From: Tubulanus polymorphus
Taxonomy: Eukaryota; Animalia; Nemertea
Length of the DNA stretch: 64,000 nt
Direction of reading: 5' to 3'
NCBI RefSeq assembly: GCF_964204645.1
Contig: NC_134031.1
Location: forward strand, 6,758,001 to 6,822,000
Position numbers and translations under genes: made by a program. The notes under the pieces were generated by a model. That model did not search any database and was not told the DNA's origin. It was given only the letters and a program-made list of their open reading frames with translations. Below, piece after piece: positions 29,641-40,604 of the stretch; the first letter of the stretch is position 1; each line of letters begins with the position of its first letter.

Positions 29641-29642
29641 GG

Positions 29643-30110
29643 ATGATTAGTCAACGGGATGATTAGTCAACGAAAAGGGTATTCGATGCGAAAGAAAAGA
29701 CTGATAAATATTAGATTCGAACAGTTGCTTTTAATTCCACCAGGGTTTCAAAACATGATGGAATTGGCTTTATAAGAATAATATAATAAATATAGCTGTA
29801 AAGCAGCGATAACGGGTTTCTGCCCTGTTGATGTAAATGCCTTAAATCCGTTAATGAAATATGGCTAATTATGCATTAGTTTTGTTGGTAAGTACGTAAC
29901 ATACGATGTACTATTTTCACAGAAACAATCAAGCAATCTCTGCTCTGCTGAGATGCCCAGCAAAATGTTTTTGGAAATGGCGATCAGACAAGTTGGGCAA
30001 CCTGGAAAACTCGAACTACGCTATAGGTGCGATACAAACGTATTCGGATTTTTGTCGATGTGGCATTAAGATGGAAATTCGATCGAATCTTACCCACCAA
30101 CTCACGAAGG
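29643..30110 (+). pseudogene. Membrane-protein family copy D, disrupted (exon 1 mostly deleted, exon 2 at ~29923-30109 frameshifted, exon 3 missing)
   Basis: atgattagtcaacgaaaa matches the copy C start; exon 2 is near-identical to 22991-23183; upstream 25050-25690 matches 22070-22575. Confidence 0.8.
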
Positions 30111-31080
30111 TAATCTAGTTAAGGATACAAAGGTTATAATATTAACTGAGCTCAATTCAACTATGTCATCTTAATTTTTCCCTTCGTTCTCCCATTTTTT
30201 TTTTGGAAAAAATTCACACACCAAGTAATCGAACAACTATTATTCCCACGCGAAGACTGTCGCCGCACTCTGTCAGAATAACCCCGAATTGAGGATGAAT
30301 CTCGCAGGCTCCACTGTGCCGTACGCGATAAAGAAGCGATATAAATCCCTCCATTAAAATTCACAGATCTGTCGAGTACTAGCTTCCGCAAGAACGATTG
30401 AATATCTCATCAGGATACTTAGCGAAATAAAACGGCTTTTTATTTACGAGTGGCGAAGAATTTCACATTTTTGTACTATTTAGCCCATCCGTCATATTAT
30501 CATACTTGATAGTAGATTGATTGTATTTTATGGATTTCATACAAGTTATTGTTATATTTTGATAATAAAGATTGAATATACATATACATTCTATAGTAAG
30601 TGATTTTCGACGTTTTATAACTCGGAAAAACTACTTTTCACAGTTAAGACTGATTCTATTTATTCCGAGTTTGCAAACCAATAAAAAGCTAGTTATCTCA
30701 GTTAAAAAGGATCGATCCCGAAGGACGCATCTGTAATATGCATTGTGTCACACAATAAAGCGATCCGTGAATGTAAAATGTGGAGAATTAAGATTGATTC
30801 TTTCATAACGTATACCAAGAAACGAAGTATACATAACCCTTTTTCCGATTTATATTTCACACAATACAAAAATAAATTTCTTTTATATCGGTTCTATTAT
30901 TATAGGAAATCAGTGTGTTTACGCGAATCGTTGTAAAGGCTTTGTTCAAACGGAATTCGTAATGTCAATTAGTGCTGTAAAAATTCTAGAATTGATATAG
31001 ATGTTTATACATAAATAATTGACACTTCTGAAAACTGAAATCATTTAACAACAGCGAGCCACTAAGTCACGTGTTATAGA

Positions 31081-31968
31081 ATGAATTCAGCGTCCAGAAT
31101 TGGAAGGCCTTATTTCTCTTCAATTAGCATGAAGGGAATGGACCAAATGCCATCGAGGTTCCGGACGTTCTTCATAGCAGCTACGTTGATAATTTTCGCA
31201 TTTGGATTCTTTGGTAACGTATCGAGTTGCGTCGTAACTACGAGCAAGCGTTTCGTGTCTTTATCGTTCGCTAACTACCTGACAGCGTTGGCGATATTCG
31301 ACATGTGGTGTTTGACGGCCAGGACCTGGTTGCCCGTGATACGTTTACTTTCTAAATCATTCAAAATGTTACAAATAAAACTGTCGGATGTCGGTTGTTT
31401 GCATGAATCGACGTTTTTGATATTTAGTCGCATGAGTTCGTTATTGATCACGATCGTAGCTGTTGAGCGGTTGATGGTGGTCATGTTTCCGTTCACAGCT
31501 CGATTTATATGTAAACCGAAGTTCGCACGATTAGTAATGTCGATAGCGTTCGTTTTAGCTTTTGCATCTTCTATTCCACAAGGAATGTTATTTCTACGAT
31601 ATTCAACAGAAAACAGCTGTCATTATTCTAGCGTAGAACACCAACGTTACATTTTCAACGCTGTGATTCCGAGCCAGTTTTATTTGTTACTTACTTTGGT
31701 TTCCGTTTCGAATATTCTCATCATAGCTAAGCTTTATCGACAAAAAGATTTCGGTTCCGGCAGATCTAAAGCGGCCAAAAACAGACAAACGAATATCATG
31801 TTAGTTACCGTCACAGTAGTTTCCATTGTTACGACACTTCCGTCTACATTTACCGTAATGATAAAACTTCCGGTTGCCTTGAACTATAAATCAATAGCAA
31901 TTTCGTGGCTATTTTTGAATTTTAACTACAGCATAAACTTTTACATTTACATTATGCTTGGGAAATAG
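31081..31968 (+). CDS. Single-exon rhodopsin-like (class A) GPCR; TAG stop falls within the expected helix 8
   Basis: GN in TM1, LAIFD, VER (DRY-like), NFYIY in TM7; seven hydrophobic segments. Confidence 0.88.
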   Translation: MNSASRIGRPYFSSISMKGMDQMPSRFRTFFIAATLIIFAFGFFGNVSSCVVTTSKRFVSLSFANYLTALAIFDMWCLTARTWLPVIRLLSKSFKMLQIKLSDVGCLHESTFLIFSRMSSLLITIVAVERLMVVMFPFTARFICKPKFARLVMSIAFVLAFASSIPQGMLFLRYSTENSCHYSSVEHQRYIFNAVIPSQFYLLLTLVSVSNILIIAKLYRQKDFGSGRSKAAKNRQTNIMLVTVTVVSIVTTLPSTFTVMIKLPVALNYKSIAISWLFLNFNYSINFYIYIMLGK

Positions 31969-32219
31969 TTTCGAACGACATTTTTTCATTTTTTCAAAAC
32001 TTCATGATTCACAAGACGTTCACATCCAAAACCGATGTGTTACGGTACGAAATTGCACAGGGTAACCATTCTGAATATTGTTTTCACTCGCAAATTAGAA
32101 TGGACCGGGAAAATCCCCGAGTGGACAATAAATATCTAAGGATATAACAGTCTAACAGCTAAATCAACTGCACCAATATGCTGCCAGATTGAGTTGTGCT
32201 CAATAGCAAATAATGTAGC

Positions 32220-32622
32220 AGTAATAGGGGTTTAGTTGTTTCATACCAAAGGTCGAAAGGTCGAGCCCGAGAAATTTTCCAAAATGTTAAAATAACAACA
32301 ATTTCTACTTGAATTAGTCGCGTACACTCCTAATTCAAGTAGAAATTATTATTATTTTAACATTTGGAAAATTTATCAACCTCAACCTTTCAACCTTTGA
32401 TATGAAACAACTAAACCCCTATTACTCTTAAAATATTCATATATATATGAATAAAATATAAATCATTGAACTTCTAAAATCAATTTTAATAAAAAATATA
32501 GTATTAAAATGGAAGCAAATAAGTACTACTGCCCAACATGTAATATCGATATAGATAAATCCCAAAAAGCAAGACACAATAAAACTAAAACACATTTAGA
32601 AAATAAATTGAAACTAGAATAT
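32220..32622 (+). repeat. Left TIR (403 bp); first 207 nt form an internal hairpin; includes the first 38 codons of pPolB
   Basis: Reverse complement of 49984-50386; the only mismatch I noticed is at 32614. Confidence 0.95.
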
Positions 32623-35600
32623 GAAGATGATATATTAGAAAATAAATTAGAAGAATTAAAGGATGAAAAAGAAACATACAAATGTGATACATGTAATCAA
32701 TCATTCAGTGATAAAAGATATTATAAAGAACATTTAAAATCTATAAGTCATATTAGAAATAAGAATAATGATATTTTAGGTGAAGATTATTTTGATAATG
32801 ATAACGATAAGAAACAGAAGACAATTAAAAGAATAAAAAATAAATTAAACAATAAAAGACCATACATGGAAGATGTAAGAAATTATATTAATTCATTAGA
32901 TAATAAAAAAGATATAGAGATAACCGAAGCATTTAAAAGTGATATTGGTCCAGCAGCTATCGAGTTTAAATTTCATAAAGGTAAAACATTAGAAGAAAAT
33001 AAAAAACATTTAGAAAATATGAAAGAAATAATAAAAATAATTACAAACGTAGAATACCCAAAAATTAGTATATCAGTTAAAGTAAAGTTTATAAAATCTG
33101 AAGATAAACCAATATATAATATAAATTCTCATTCACAACATATTATATCTAAACAACATATAGATGATAAATTAGATAAATGTTATAATGAAATAAAAAC
33201 TAAAATAGAAGAGAAATATTTTGAAGGATCTGGTTTAATATTTGATGAGATAATATTTATAACTTTACATGTTTATAACACAAAATATAATAAGTTAACT
33301 AAATCAAAACCAATTGATGAAAATAATTTATCATATTATAAAGATGATAGTATAAATGGAACAAGTTATATTAAACTACCATTTAAAACTAATGGTGTAA
33401 TAAATATACAAAATGAAGATGATAAATGTTTTCTATGGGCTATAATAAGTTGTTTACATCCAACAGAAGATATTACACATAGTTTTAGATTAACTCATTA
33501 TAAACCATTTGAAAATAATTATAAGATAGATAAGTATCCTGTTAGAATTAAAAACATCCCAAAAATAGAAAGAGATAATAATATAAAGATAAATGTATTT
33601 GATTTAATCAAATTACCAAATACAAAAGGAAATAATATTAAACATTATACATTAGAACCTTTATACCTATCAAAAGATTATGATTCAAATGATGTTATAG
33701 ATATACTATATTATGAGAATCATTACATGTGGATTAAACAAATCGATTTATTTTTTAAATCAGAAAATGATTTTGATAATAAAATATATCTATGTAGAAA
33801 ATGTTTACATAAATTCAGAACTGAAGGTGCATTATTAAATCATAAACAACTATGTGATAATCATGATTATTGTAAATTAGTTTTACCAAATGAAAAAGAT
33901 AAAATATTAGAATTCAAAAAATATGATTACAAAAATAAAGTACCATTTGTAATATATGGAGATTTTGAATCATTAAATAAAGAATTAACAGATAAAGATA
34001 GAAAAGATATATATTATAAAAGAAAGAAATTAAATTCTAATGAAAATGATTATTCAGATGAACCACCAATAACAAATACTATTAAAAAGATTCATCAATC
34101 AGCTGCAGCTTTCGGGTTATATATTCAATCTGATTATCCAGAACTAATTGAAAGTGAATATTATGATTATAGAAATGAAAATGTTATAAATCATTTTTGT
34201 GACTTATTAATTGAATATGAAATAAGATTTAGTAAATTATTGAATACAAATATAGAAATTATAATGACAGAAGAAGATAAAGAAGGATTTGAGTTTGCAG
34301 ATAAATGTTATTATTGTAATCAAGTATTCTATTCATCTGATAAAAAAGTAAGAGACCATGATCATTTGAATGGAAAGTTTAGAGGCGCTGCGCATGAGAA
34401 TTGTAACTTACAAGCTAAGAAAATTAACTTTGTACCAGTTATATTTCATAATCTATCAGGATATGATGCACATTTATTTATCAAACAGTTATGTCATAAA
34501 ATAGAAGAAATCAATAATGAAATAGAAATATTAAATTCAAATAGATCAAAAGATAAAATACCAACTTATAAATTTAGAATGTTAGCTAAAACATCTGAGA
34601 ATTATATATCTTTCCAATTTGGATGCTTAAGATTTATAGATTCATATAGATTTTTAAATAGTTCATTAGATAACTTATCAAAATCATTAGTTGATGATGA
34701 ATTAAAGATATTAAAAGAATATTACCCAAATAATGATGATTTTCAATTAATGAGATATAAAGGCGCAATTCCATATTCATTTTATAAATCACATAATGAT
34801 TTCAATATAACTGAATTATTGAAAGAACAATTCTATGATGAATTAAAAAATGAATATGTTAAAGATGAAGTCTATAATAGAACATTAAATATTTGGAATC
34901 ATTTCAAAATAGAAAATCATGGGCAATTAGTAGATTTATATTTAAAATCAGATGTATTATTATTAACCGATATATTCGAAAGGTTTAGAGATGTAAACCT
35001 AAAATATTTTAACATTGATCCTTGTCATTGTTATTCATCACCAGGTTTAACATGGGATTGTGGATTAAAATTTACAGATATAAAAATGGATTTGTTAACA
35101 AATATAGATCAATTACTATTATTTGAAAAATCTATAAGAGGAGGTGTTTCAGGTGTATTGGGTGATAGATATTTCAATGTAAATGATAATCCTGGATATA
35201 AATTATTATACATAGATGCAAATAATCTTTATGGTTGGGCAATGATGGAACCACAACCTTATGGGATGTTTGAAATAACTGAAGTTTTACAAATTGATAA
35301 ATTTGATTGGAAGAAAAGAATTCTAGATATTGCAGATGATTCAGATACTGGTTACTTCTTTGTTGTAGACTTGGAATATCCTGAACATATTAAATTTAAA
35401 TCTAGAAATCTAGCATACTGCCCAGAACATAAAACTGTAACTCATGAAGAATTATCAAATTATCAAAAAAGAATTAAACCCGATAATCATATTCATACTG
35501 AAAAGTTAATGGTAACTCAAGAAGATAAATATAATTATGTAGTGCATTATAGAATGTTGAAGTTTTATTTGAGACAAGGAATGATATTAAAAAAAGTACA

Positions 35601-36540
35601 TAGATATATTTCATTCAGTCAATCTAAATGGTTAGAAAAATATATAGATTTTAATACTACACAGAGAACTGAAGCTAAAACTGATTTCGAGAAAGATTTC
35701 TTCAAACTAATGAATAATGCATTCTATGGTAAGACTTGTGAAAACATAAGAAATAGAAATGATATTGAGTTAGTTAGTAATGGTAAAAGGATAAGGCATT
35801 TACAATCATATCCTAAGTTTATAGGTAACAGAATATTTGATGAAAATTTAGCAGCAGTTAAAATGAGGAGAACTTCTATGAAGTTCAATAAACCTATTTA
35901 TGTTGGTGCATCGGTTTTAGAATTATCAAAGTTATTAATGTATAAATTTTACTATAACATATTACAACCTCATTTTGGAGAAAAACACATAGAAATTCTA
36001 TACTTTGATACCGACAGTTACATATTAAAGATAAAAACTGATAACATAACAGATGATTTAAAAACATTAAAACACCATTTTGATTTTAGTAACTATCCTA
36101 AAGATCATGAATTGTTTAGCAATGATAATAAAAAAGTTCCTGGGAAGTTTAAGGATGAATTAGGTGGTGAAGAAATGATAGAGTTCATCGGTATTAGATC
36201 TAAAATGTATTCATATAAAACTAAAACTCATGAAGCTAAAAAGTTAAAAGGAATTACCAAAAGCGTTGTTGAAAAGAATATTCATTTTAAAGATTACATC
36301 AATTGTATATTTAATGAAGAAGTTAGAAAACATAAGATGAAATGTTTAAGATCTGAAGATCATGAAATGTATATTGAAGAGATAGAGAAGATAAGTTTGA
36401 ATCCATTTGATGATAAAAGATATATTTTAGATGATGGAATCCACACAGTCGCCTATGGCTGCAATTTAGATGAATATATAAAATTCAAAAGAGAAGAAAC
36501 AAAAGAAAATGAGATTATGAAAAGGATTCTAACGTGTTAA
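32509..36540 (+). CDS. polB: Protein-primed family B DNA polymerase with N-terminal zinc fingers and an endonuclease VII-like insert
   Basis: YGDFES, FHNLSGYDAH (exonuclease), DHDHLNGKFRGAAHENCN, YIDANNLYG, KLMNNAFYGK, YFDTDS. Confidence 0.96.
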   Translation: MEANKYYCPTCNIDIDKSQKARHNKTKTHLENKLKLEYEDDILENKLEELKDEKETYKCDTCNQSFSDKRYYKEHLKSISHIRNKNNDILGEDYFDNDNDKKQKTIKRIKNKLNNKRPYMEDVRNYINSLDNKKDIEITEAFKSDIGPAAIEFKFHKGKTLEENKKHLENMKEIIKIITNVEYPKISISVKVKFIKSEDKPIYNINSHSQHIISKQHIDDKLDKCYNEIKTKIEEKYFEGSGLIFDEIIFITLHVYNTKYNKLTKSKPIDENNLSYYKDDSINGTSYIKLPFKTNGVINIQNEDDKCFLWAIISCLHPTEDITHSFRLTHYKPFENNYKIDKYPVRIKNIPKIERDNNIKINVFDLIKLPNTKGNNIKHYTLEPLYLSKDYDSNDVIDILYYENHYMWIKQIDLFFKSENDFDNKIYLCRKCLHKFRTEGALLNHKQLCDNHDYCKLVLPNEKDKILEFKKYDYKNKVPFVIYGDFESLNKELTDKDRKDIYYKRKKLNSNENDYSDEPPITNTIKKIHQSAAAFGLYIQSDYPELIESEYYDYRNENVINHFCDLLIEYEIRFSKLLNTNIEIIMTEEDKEGFEFADKCYYCNQVFYSSDKKVRDHDHLNGKFRGAAHENCNLQAKKINFVPVIFHNLSGYDAHLFIKQLCHKIEEINNEIEILNSNRSKDKIPTYKFRMLAKTSENYISFQFGCLRFIDSYRFLNSSLDNLSKSLVDDELKILKEYYPNNDDFQLMRYKGAIPYSFYKSHNDFNITELLKEQFYDELKNEYVKDEVYNRTLNIWNHFKIENHGQLVDLYLKSDVLLLTDIFERFRDVNLKYFNIDPCHCYSSPGLTWDCGLKFTDIKMDLLTNIDQLLLFEKSIRGGVSGVLGDRYFNVNDNPGYKLLYIDANNLYGWAMMEPQPYGMFEITEVLQIDKFDWKKRILDIADDSDTGYFFVVDLEYPEHIKFKSRNLAYCPEHKTVTHEELSNYQKRIKPDNHIHTEKLMVTQEDKYNYVVHYRMLKFYLRQGMILKKVHRYISFSQSKWLEKYIDFNTTQRTEAKTDFEKDFFKLMNNAFYGKTCENIRNRNDIELVSNGKRIRHLQSYPKFIGNRIFDENLAAVKMRRTSMKFNKPIYVGASVLELSKLLMYKFYYNILQPHFGEKHIEILYFDTDSYILKIKTDNITDDLKTLKHHFDFSNYPKDHELFSNDNKKVPGKFKDELGGEEMIEFIGIRSKMYSYKTKTHEAKKLKGITKSVVEKNIHFKDYINCIFNEEVRKHKMKCLRSEDHEMYIEEIEKISLNPFDDKRYILDDGIHTVAYGCNLDEYIKFKREETKENEIMKRILTC

Positions 36541-36568
36541 TCAATTTCAATAAAAATTTGTATAATAA

Positions 36569-36910
36569 ATGGAGAGTAAACAAGTACACAGTGAATTCTT
36601 AGATAGAATTAAAGATACTTCAAGCGTCAAATCTGTAGATTATAAATTTAAAAAACTAACTGAGTTAACAATTCACAAGAAATATTTAATTACTAACATT
36701 GAAACAATTACTAATAAATATGGAGATAAATTAGTTATACACTTAGAATATGAAGGATTAAAAGGAAATACATATAAATTCAGAACATATTTACCTGATA
36801 GATTTCATAGATTATCAAGTGAAGATTTAGAAGAATTATGTTCTGGAGATTTCTATTTCATATATAAAGGTAAGAATGAAAAAGGGCACCACGATATTGA
36901 TTTTGAATGA
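36569..36910 (+). CDS. Small hypothetical protein, possibly an OB-fold ssDNA-binding protein
   Basis: Intact ORF directly after polB; beta-rich pattern (KYGDKLVIHL, TYLPDRF). Function inferred. Confidence 0.6.
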   Translation: MESKQVHSEFLDRIKDTSSVKSVDYKFKKLTELTIHKKYLITNIETITNKYGDKLVIHLEYEGLKGNTYKFRTYLPDRFHRLSSEDLEELCSGDFYFIYKGKNEKGHHDIDFE

Positions 36911-36925
36911 AAATATGTAAAATAA

Positions 36926-37681
36926 ATGGTGGAATTAAAAGAATACAGAATATTTGTTGATTCTAGAAAACTTACAAATTATAAATCACATAATTTACTA
37001 GTTCAATTAGATAGAGAATTTAAGAATTGTGTTGATTTAAAATTAGTTAATATAAGTTTATGTAATTCTTTTTACAATGTATCGGATAAAACTTTTGAAC
37101 ATAGAGGGTTTATGATTTATATGAGAAATAAAGATAAATGGTTTCATATATTTTTAAAACCAGGATTATATAATTTAGAATCATTAGCGCAGGAAATTAA
37201 TAGAAGAGCTCGGTTGAAAATCGGGGGCACTTCTGTATTTGAAATTAAGTTTAATAAAATTGATAGTACTAATAAAATAAGAATAAAGATATCTAATGAA
37301 CAACATAAATTTATGGTAAACAAACCACTGGCTAAAATGTTAGGAATTAAACCGCTTACAGTTACTGGAAACGCAGAAGGCAGCTCAAATATAATACCTT
37401 TTACACACTTTTATATTTATTGCAATTTAATCGAGCCTACAAAAACTTTCGAAGCAACTAAAGAAACAATTTGTAGTTCTAGTATACTAAATATTTTACC
37501 GCTAAAAAATGTTAAACAATTTGGAACTCAAATAAATTATAATTTAACAGAATGTGATTTTAAACCATGCATTCCTAAATTTAATAATTTTAAATTAGAA
37601 ATAAGAAATCATAATGGATACTTAATTGATTTAAATAACTTTCCTGTAATTTATGAATTAGTTATAAGATGTAAAGAGTAA
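36926..37681 (+). CDS. Minor capsid (penton) protein, single jelly roll
   Basis: Polinton penton-like motifs IFVDS, PGLYNLESLAQEIN, YIYCNLIE, ILNILP, LEIRNHNGYLIDLNN. Confidence 0.75.
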   Translation: MVELKEYRIFVDSRKLTNYKSHNLLVQLDREFKNCVDLKLVNISLCNSFYNVSDKTFEHRGFMIYMRNKDKWFHIFLKPGLYNLESLAQEINRRARLKIGGTSVFEIKFNKIDSTNKIRIKISNEQHKFMVNKPLAKMLGIKPLTVTGNAEGSSNIIPFTHFYIYCNLIEPTKTFEATKETICSSSILNILPLKNVKQFGTQINYNLTECDFKPCIPKFNNFKLEIRNHNGYLIDLNNFPVIYELVIRCKE

Positions 37682-37697
37682 TTTTTTTGATATATAA

Positions 37698-38057
37698 ATG
37701 AATATAACTGTTGGACCGAGTATATGTTTTGGATTTGATTTTAAACGTGAGAAAGAAATGAAATTTAACATTAATGATGTAATAACACATATCAAAAATA
37801 TTACATTTTCTAATGAAACAACATTTGAGTATGAAACAACAATAGATAAAGAAACTTTAAATGTAGAAAAGATTACTAATTTAATTAGAGAATCTTTAAG
37901 ATTTTATGAATTAGATGAAGATTTTATCATCGATGATATTAAAAAAATAATAATTGAAATATATGATAATCATAAAACTAGTAATGAAATAAATGTTGAA
38001 ATAATCATCACTAAGTTAACTAAATATTTTGATGATAGTAATTTTTTTGATAAATAA
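37698..38057 (+). CDS. Hypothetical acidic protein
   Basis: Intact ORF in the element's gene array with a T7-N6-TAAATG start. Confidence 0.65.
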   Translation: MNITVGPSICFGFDFKREKEMKFNINDVITHIKNITFSNETTFEYETTIDKETLNVEKITNLIRESLRFYELDEDFIIDDIKKIIIEIYDNHKTSNEINVEIIITKLTKYFDDSNFFDK

Positions 38058-38279
38058 ATGAGTGATAATAAGTGGATAATAACTGGATTATATAATGGCG
38101 CATTACTATCAGTTGGAACTGTTGGTTATTCAATGGTATTAAAAAAAGTATTCAAAATGGGAAGTGTTAATGTTGATAGATTTGATATAAATGATATTCT
38201 AAAATTAACATTAGCAGTTACTTTATCTAATTTAACTATTGATTATTTGGAAAAACAAAAATATATTCCTCCTATATAA
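38058..38279 (+). CDS. Small predicted membrane protein
   Basis: Two hydrophobic segments; T7-N6-TAAATG start. Confidence 0.7.
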   Translation: MSDNKWIITGLYNGALLSVGTVGYSMVLKKVFKMGSVNVDRFDINDILKLTLAVTLSNLTIDYLEKQKYIPPI

Positions 38280-38303
38280 ATACATAATTTTTTTGCTAAA
38301 TAA

Positions 38304-38729
38304 ATGGCTTCTGCAATTATAACTATTATAGGATCGGCAATTGTTAACGCTTTAGCATTTACTGGTGGTGGTTATATATTTAAACATATTGATAAAAATA
38401 GTTCATTAGGAGAACAAAGAAGACATAACTTAGCGTTAGAGAAATACAATAAAGCTGCAGAAGAATATAGAGAAAAGAGGCAAAACTATATGGATTACAT
38501 CAATAAAGAATTATATGATCAGAAGATTTCACATAGAGATTTTCAATCAGTTGATGATGCAATGAGTTTATATAACGCAGTAACAAATAAAGAAAAATTA
38601 CATCTATACAAACCTAAATTATCAGATTATTATACCCCAAGTAAAGAACAACAGAAATATGAAATAATTTGGATTTTAGGTGGAACTGTTATTGTTATAT
38701 TTGTTGCTTATAAGTTTACTAATGAGTAA
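38304..38729 (+). CDS. Predicted membrane protein (N-terminal hydrophobic/Gly segment, helical core, C-terminal TM)
   Basis: MASAIITIIGSAIVNALAFTGGG ... IIWILGGTVIVIFVAY. Confidence 0.75.
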   Translation: MASAIITIIGSAIVNALAFTGGGYIFKHIDKNSSLGEQRRHNLALEKYNKAAEEYREKRQNYMDYINKELYDQKISHRDFQSVDDAMSLYNAVTNKEKLHLYKPKLSDYYTPSKEQQKYEIIWILGGTVIVIFVAYKFTNE

Positions 38730-38747
38730 TTTTTTTTTGCTAAATAA

Positions 38748-39182
38748 ATGGAAGATAAAGTTGATAGTATTGATATTATTCCTCATGATATAAATAAAAC
38801 TAAATTAAAAACATATTTAGAAAAACAAATATTAGAATTTGAAAGTGACTTAAAAGTTAAAAAGAAAAAATATCTAAAAAGTAAAATTATATATTATTTG
38901 ATTATAAGTGGTTCGGTTACAATTAGTTCTGTAATAACATTTTTAGCAATATTCAGCCCATTAACACCTTTAGCTATATCAATTGGTGTGTTAGGATTAA
39001 GTTCAAGTGTTTTAACTGGTATAAGTTCAAAATTAAATATAAAAAGTAATAAAGTAAAAATTAAAACTAATATAAAAGAAATTAATAAATTAAAGAATAC
39101 ACTAGATTATATAATAAGTTTAAATGGTCATATAACAGTTGAAGAACAAGATAAATTATTAAAAGAATTAATAAATTATTAA
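38748..39182 (+). CDS. Two-TM protein flanked by coiled coils
   Basis: IIYYLIISGSVTISSVITFLAIF and LAISIGVLGLSSSVLTGI. Confidence 0.75.
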   Translation: MEDKVDSIDIIPHDINKTKLKTYLEKQILEFESDLKVKKKKYLKSKIIYYLIISGSVTISSVITFLAIFSPLTPLAISIGVLGLSSSVLTGISSKLNIKSNKVKIKTNIKEINKLKNTLDYIISLNGHITVEEQDKLLKELINY

Positions 39183-39199
39183 TTTTTTTAATTATATAA

Positions 39200-40588
39200 A
39201 TGGTAGATAGTTTTCCAAAAGCTTTCCGATATAATAAATCAATTAAATATAATATTCCAGCAATAGATTTTAATAAAGATATTACATATAGAAATGAAGT
39301 TTTAGATTCATTAATTGATTTATATATTTATGTTACTGAAACTAATAATTTTAATGCAAAGATGGAAAATATATTTCATGTATATTTAATTAATTTTAAA
39401 AAATTGAAAGATGAAAAACAATGGTTATTAAAATCTAATATGAAGTATTGGCAGAATCAATTAAATTTTGCTGTTTATTGTGCAACAACAGGTTGTGGAA
39501 TTAGTTGGAATGATCATTTGAATAATTCTAAATATAAACTAATTCAAAGTTTATTTAGATTTCATACATACTTTCAAATCAGAATAATATTAAATGAATT
39601 AGAGTGCGCTTTACCAGGATCTAGGTATTTTAAAGAATTAGATAATAATATTAATTTATCAAAGTTTTATAAAATTTGTAATGAATTTAATATAGATATA
39701 AATAATTCTGATTTTAGAACAAAAATTGGAACAATAAGATCACTTCCTTGCCCTAAAAAGATTGCAGAATATTGCGCACTTCCCATACCATCTAATAGCT
39801 TTTATAATATCTATAATAATAAATTAGGTTATGGTAAAATTGAAACAAAGGATTTAGAAACATTAAATTTCAATAAATTACCGAAATTTTATGATAATTT
39901 AAAACAAGAAAACAATAATGGTTGGGTTTATTTTATTTTAGAAAATAGTGAAGGTTTTACTAAATCAGGTATACAAAGAATAAATCAATCTATTAGAACT
40001 TATTTGATATGTATTTTAGGTGCGCAAGTTGAAACAAGATCACCAATAATTGGAAATTTGAATACATCATTTGATACACAAAAACAATTTAAAGTTTTAT
40101 TTGAAGATTCAATTCATAATGATAAAAATAGATCGATTCCAGAAAACATTATAAGATATCAAAATTATTTAGATAAATCTCATGTAAGACTTAATTATTG
40201 TATAGGCCCTAATCTATTAATTATTTCTAATGATTTAGTATTGAAGATGGGAAATATAATTGGTTATAATAATCTAATTAAAACTGCAACAATAAATAAT
40301 TCATTTGGATTAAATGATATAAATAAAAAGATTATTACTGCTCCAAAATTAATGGAGGGTGAAAAAAATAAAAAACACATTCAATCAACAGAAACTAAAA
40401 CTAATAATATTAAATTGGTTAATGATTCTAAAATAAAAGATTACAATACATCAGAAAATATTAAAACTGATAAAATTCAACATGATATAATTAAACTAAA
40501 TGATGATAATAAATCCCATGAAAATACTAAATTAGCTATAACTTGTATAGGAATTGTAATCGGAGGAATATTATATTTTAAATTTTAA
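39200..40588 (+). CDS. Uncharacterised 462-aa protein with a C-terminal TM anchor
   Basis: Long intact ORF; terminal LAITCIGIVIGGILYF. Confidence 0.8.
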   Translation: MVDSFPKAFRYNKSIKYNIPAIDFNKDITYRNEVLDSLIDLYIYVTETNNFNAKMENIFHVYLINFKKLKDEKQWLLKSNMKYWQNQLNFAVYCATTGCGISWNDHLNNSKYKLIQSLFRFHTYFQIRIILNELECALPGSRYFKELDNNINLSKFYKICNEFNIDINNSDFRTKIGTIRSLPCPKKIAEYCALPIPSNSFYNIYNNKLGYGKIETKDLETLNFNKLPKFYDNLKQENNNGWVYFILENSEGFTKSGIQRINQSIRTYLICILGAQVETRSPIIGNLNTSFDTQKQFKVLFEDSIHNDKNRSIPENIIRYQNYLDKSHVRLNYCIGPNLLIISNDLVLKMGNIIGYNNLIKTATINNSFGLNDINKKIITAPKLMEGEKNKKHIQSTETKTNNIKLVNDSKIKDYNTSENIKTDKIQHDIIKLNDDNKSHENTKLAITCIGIVIGGILYFKF

Positions 40589-40604
40589 TTTTTTTATTAT
40601 GTAA

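Noticed and set aside
32478-32490. Mimivirus early promoter AAAATTGA
   Set aside because: Present only antisense to polB and expected by chance in such AT-rich DNA.
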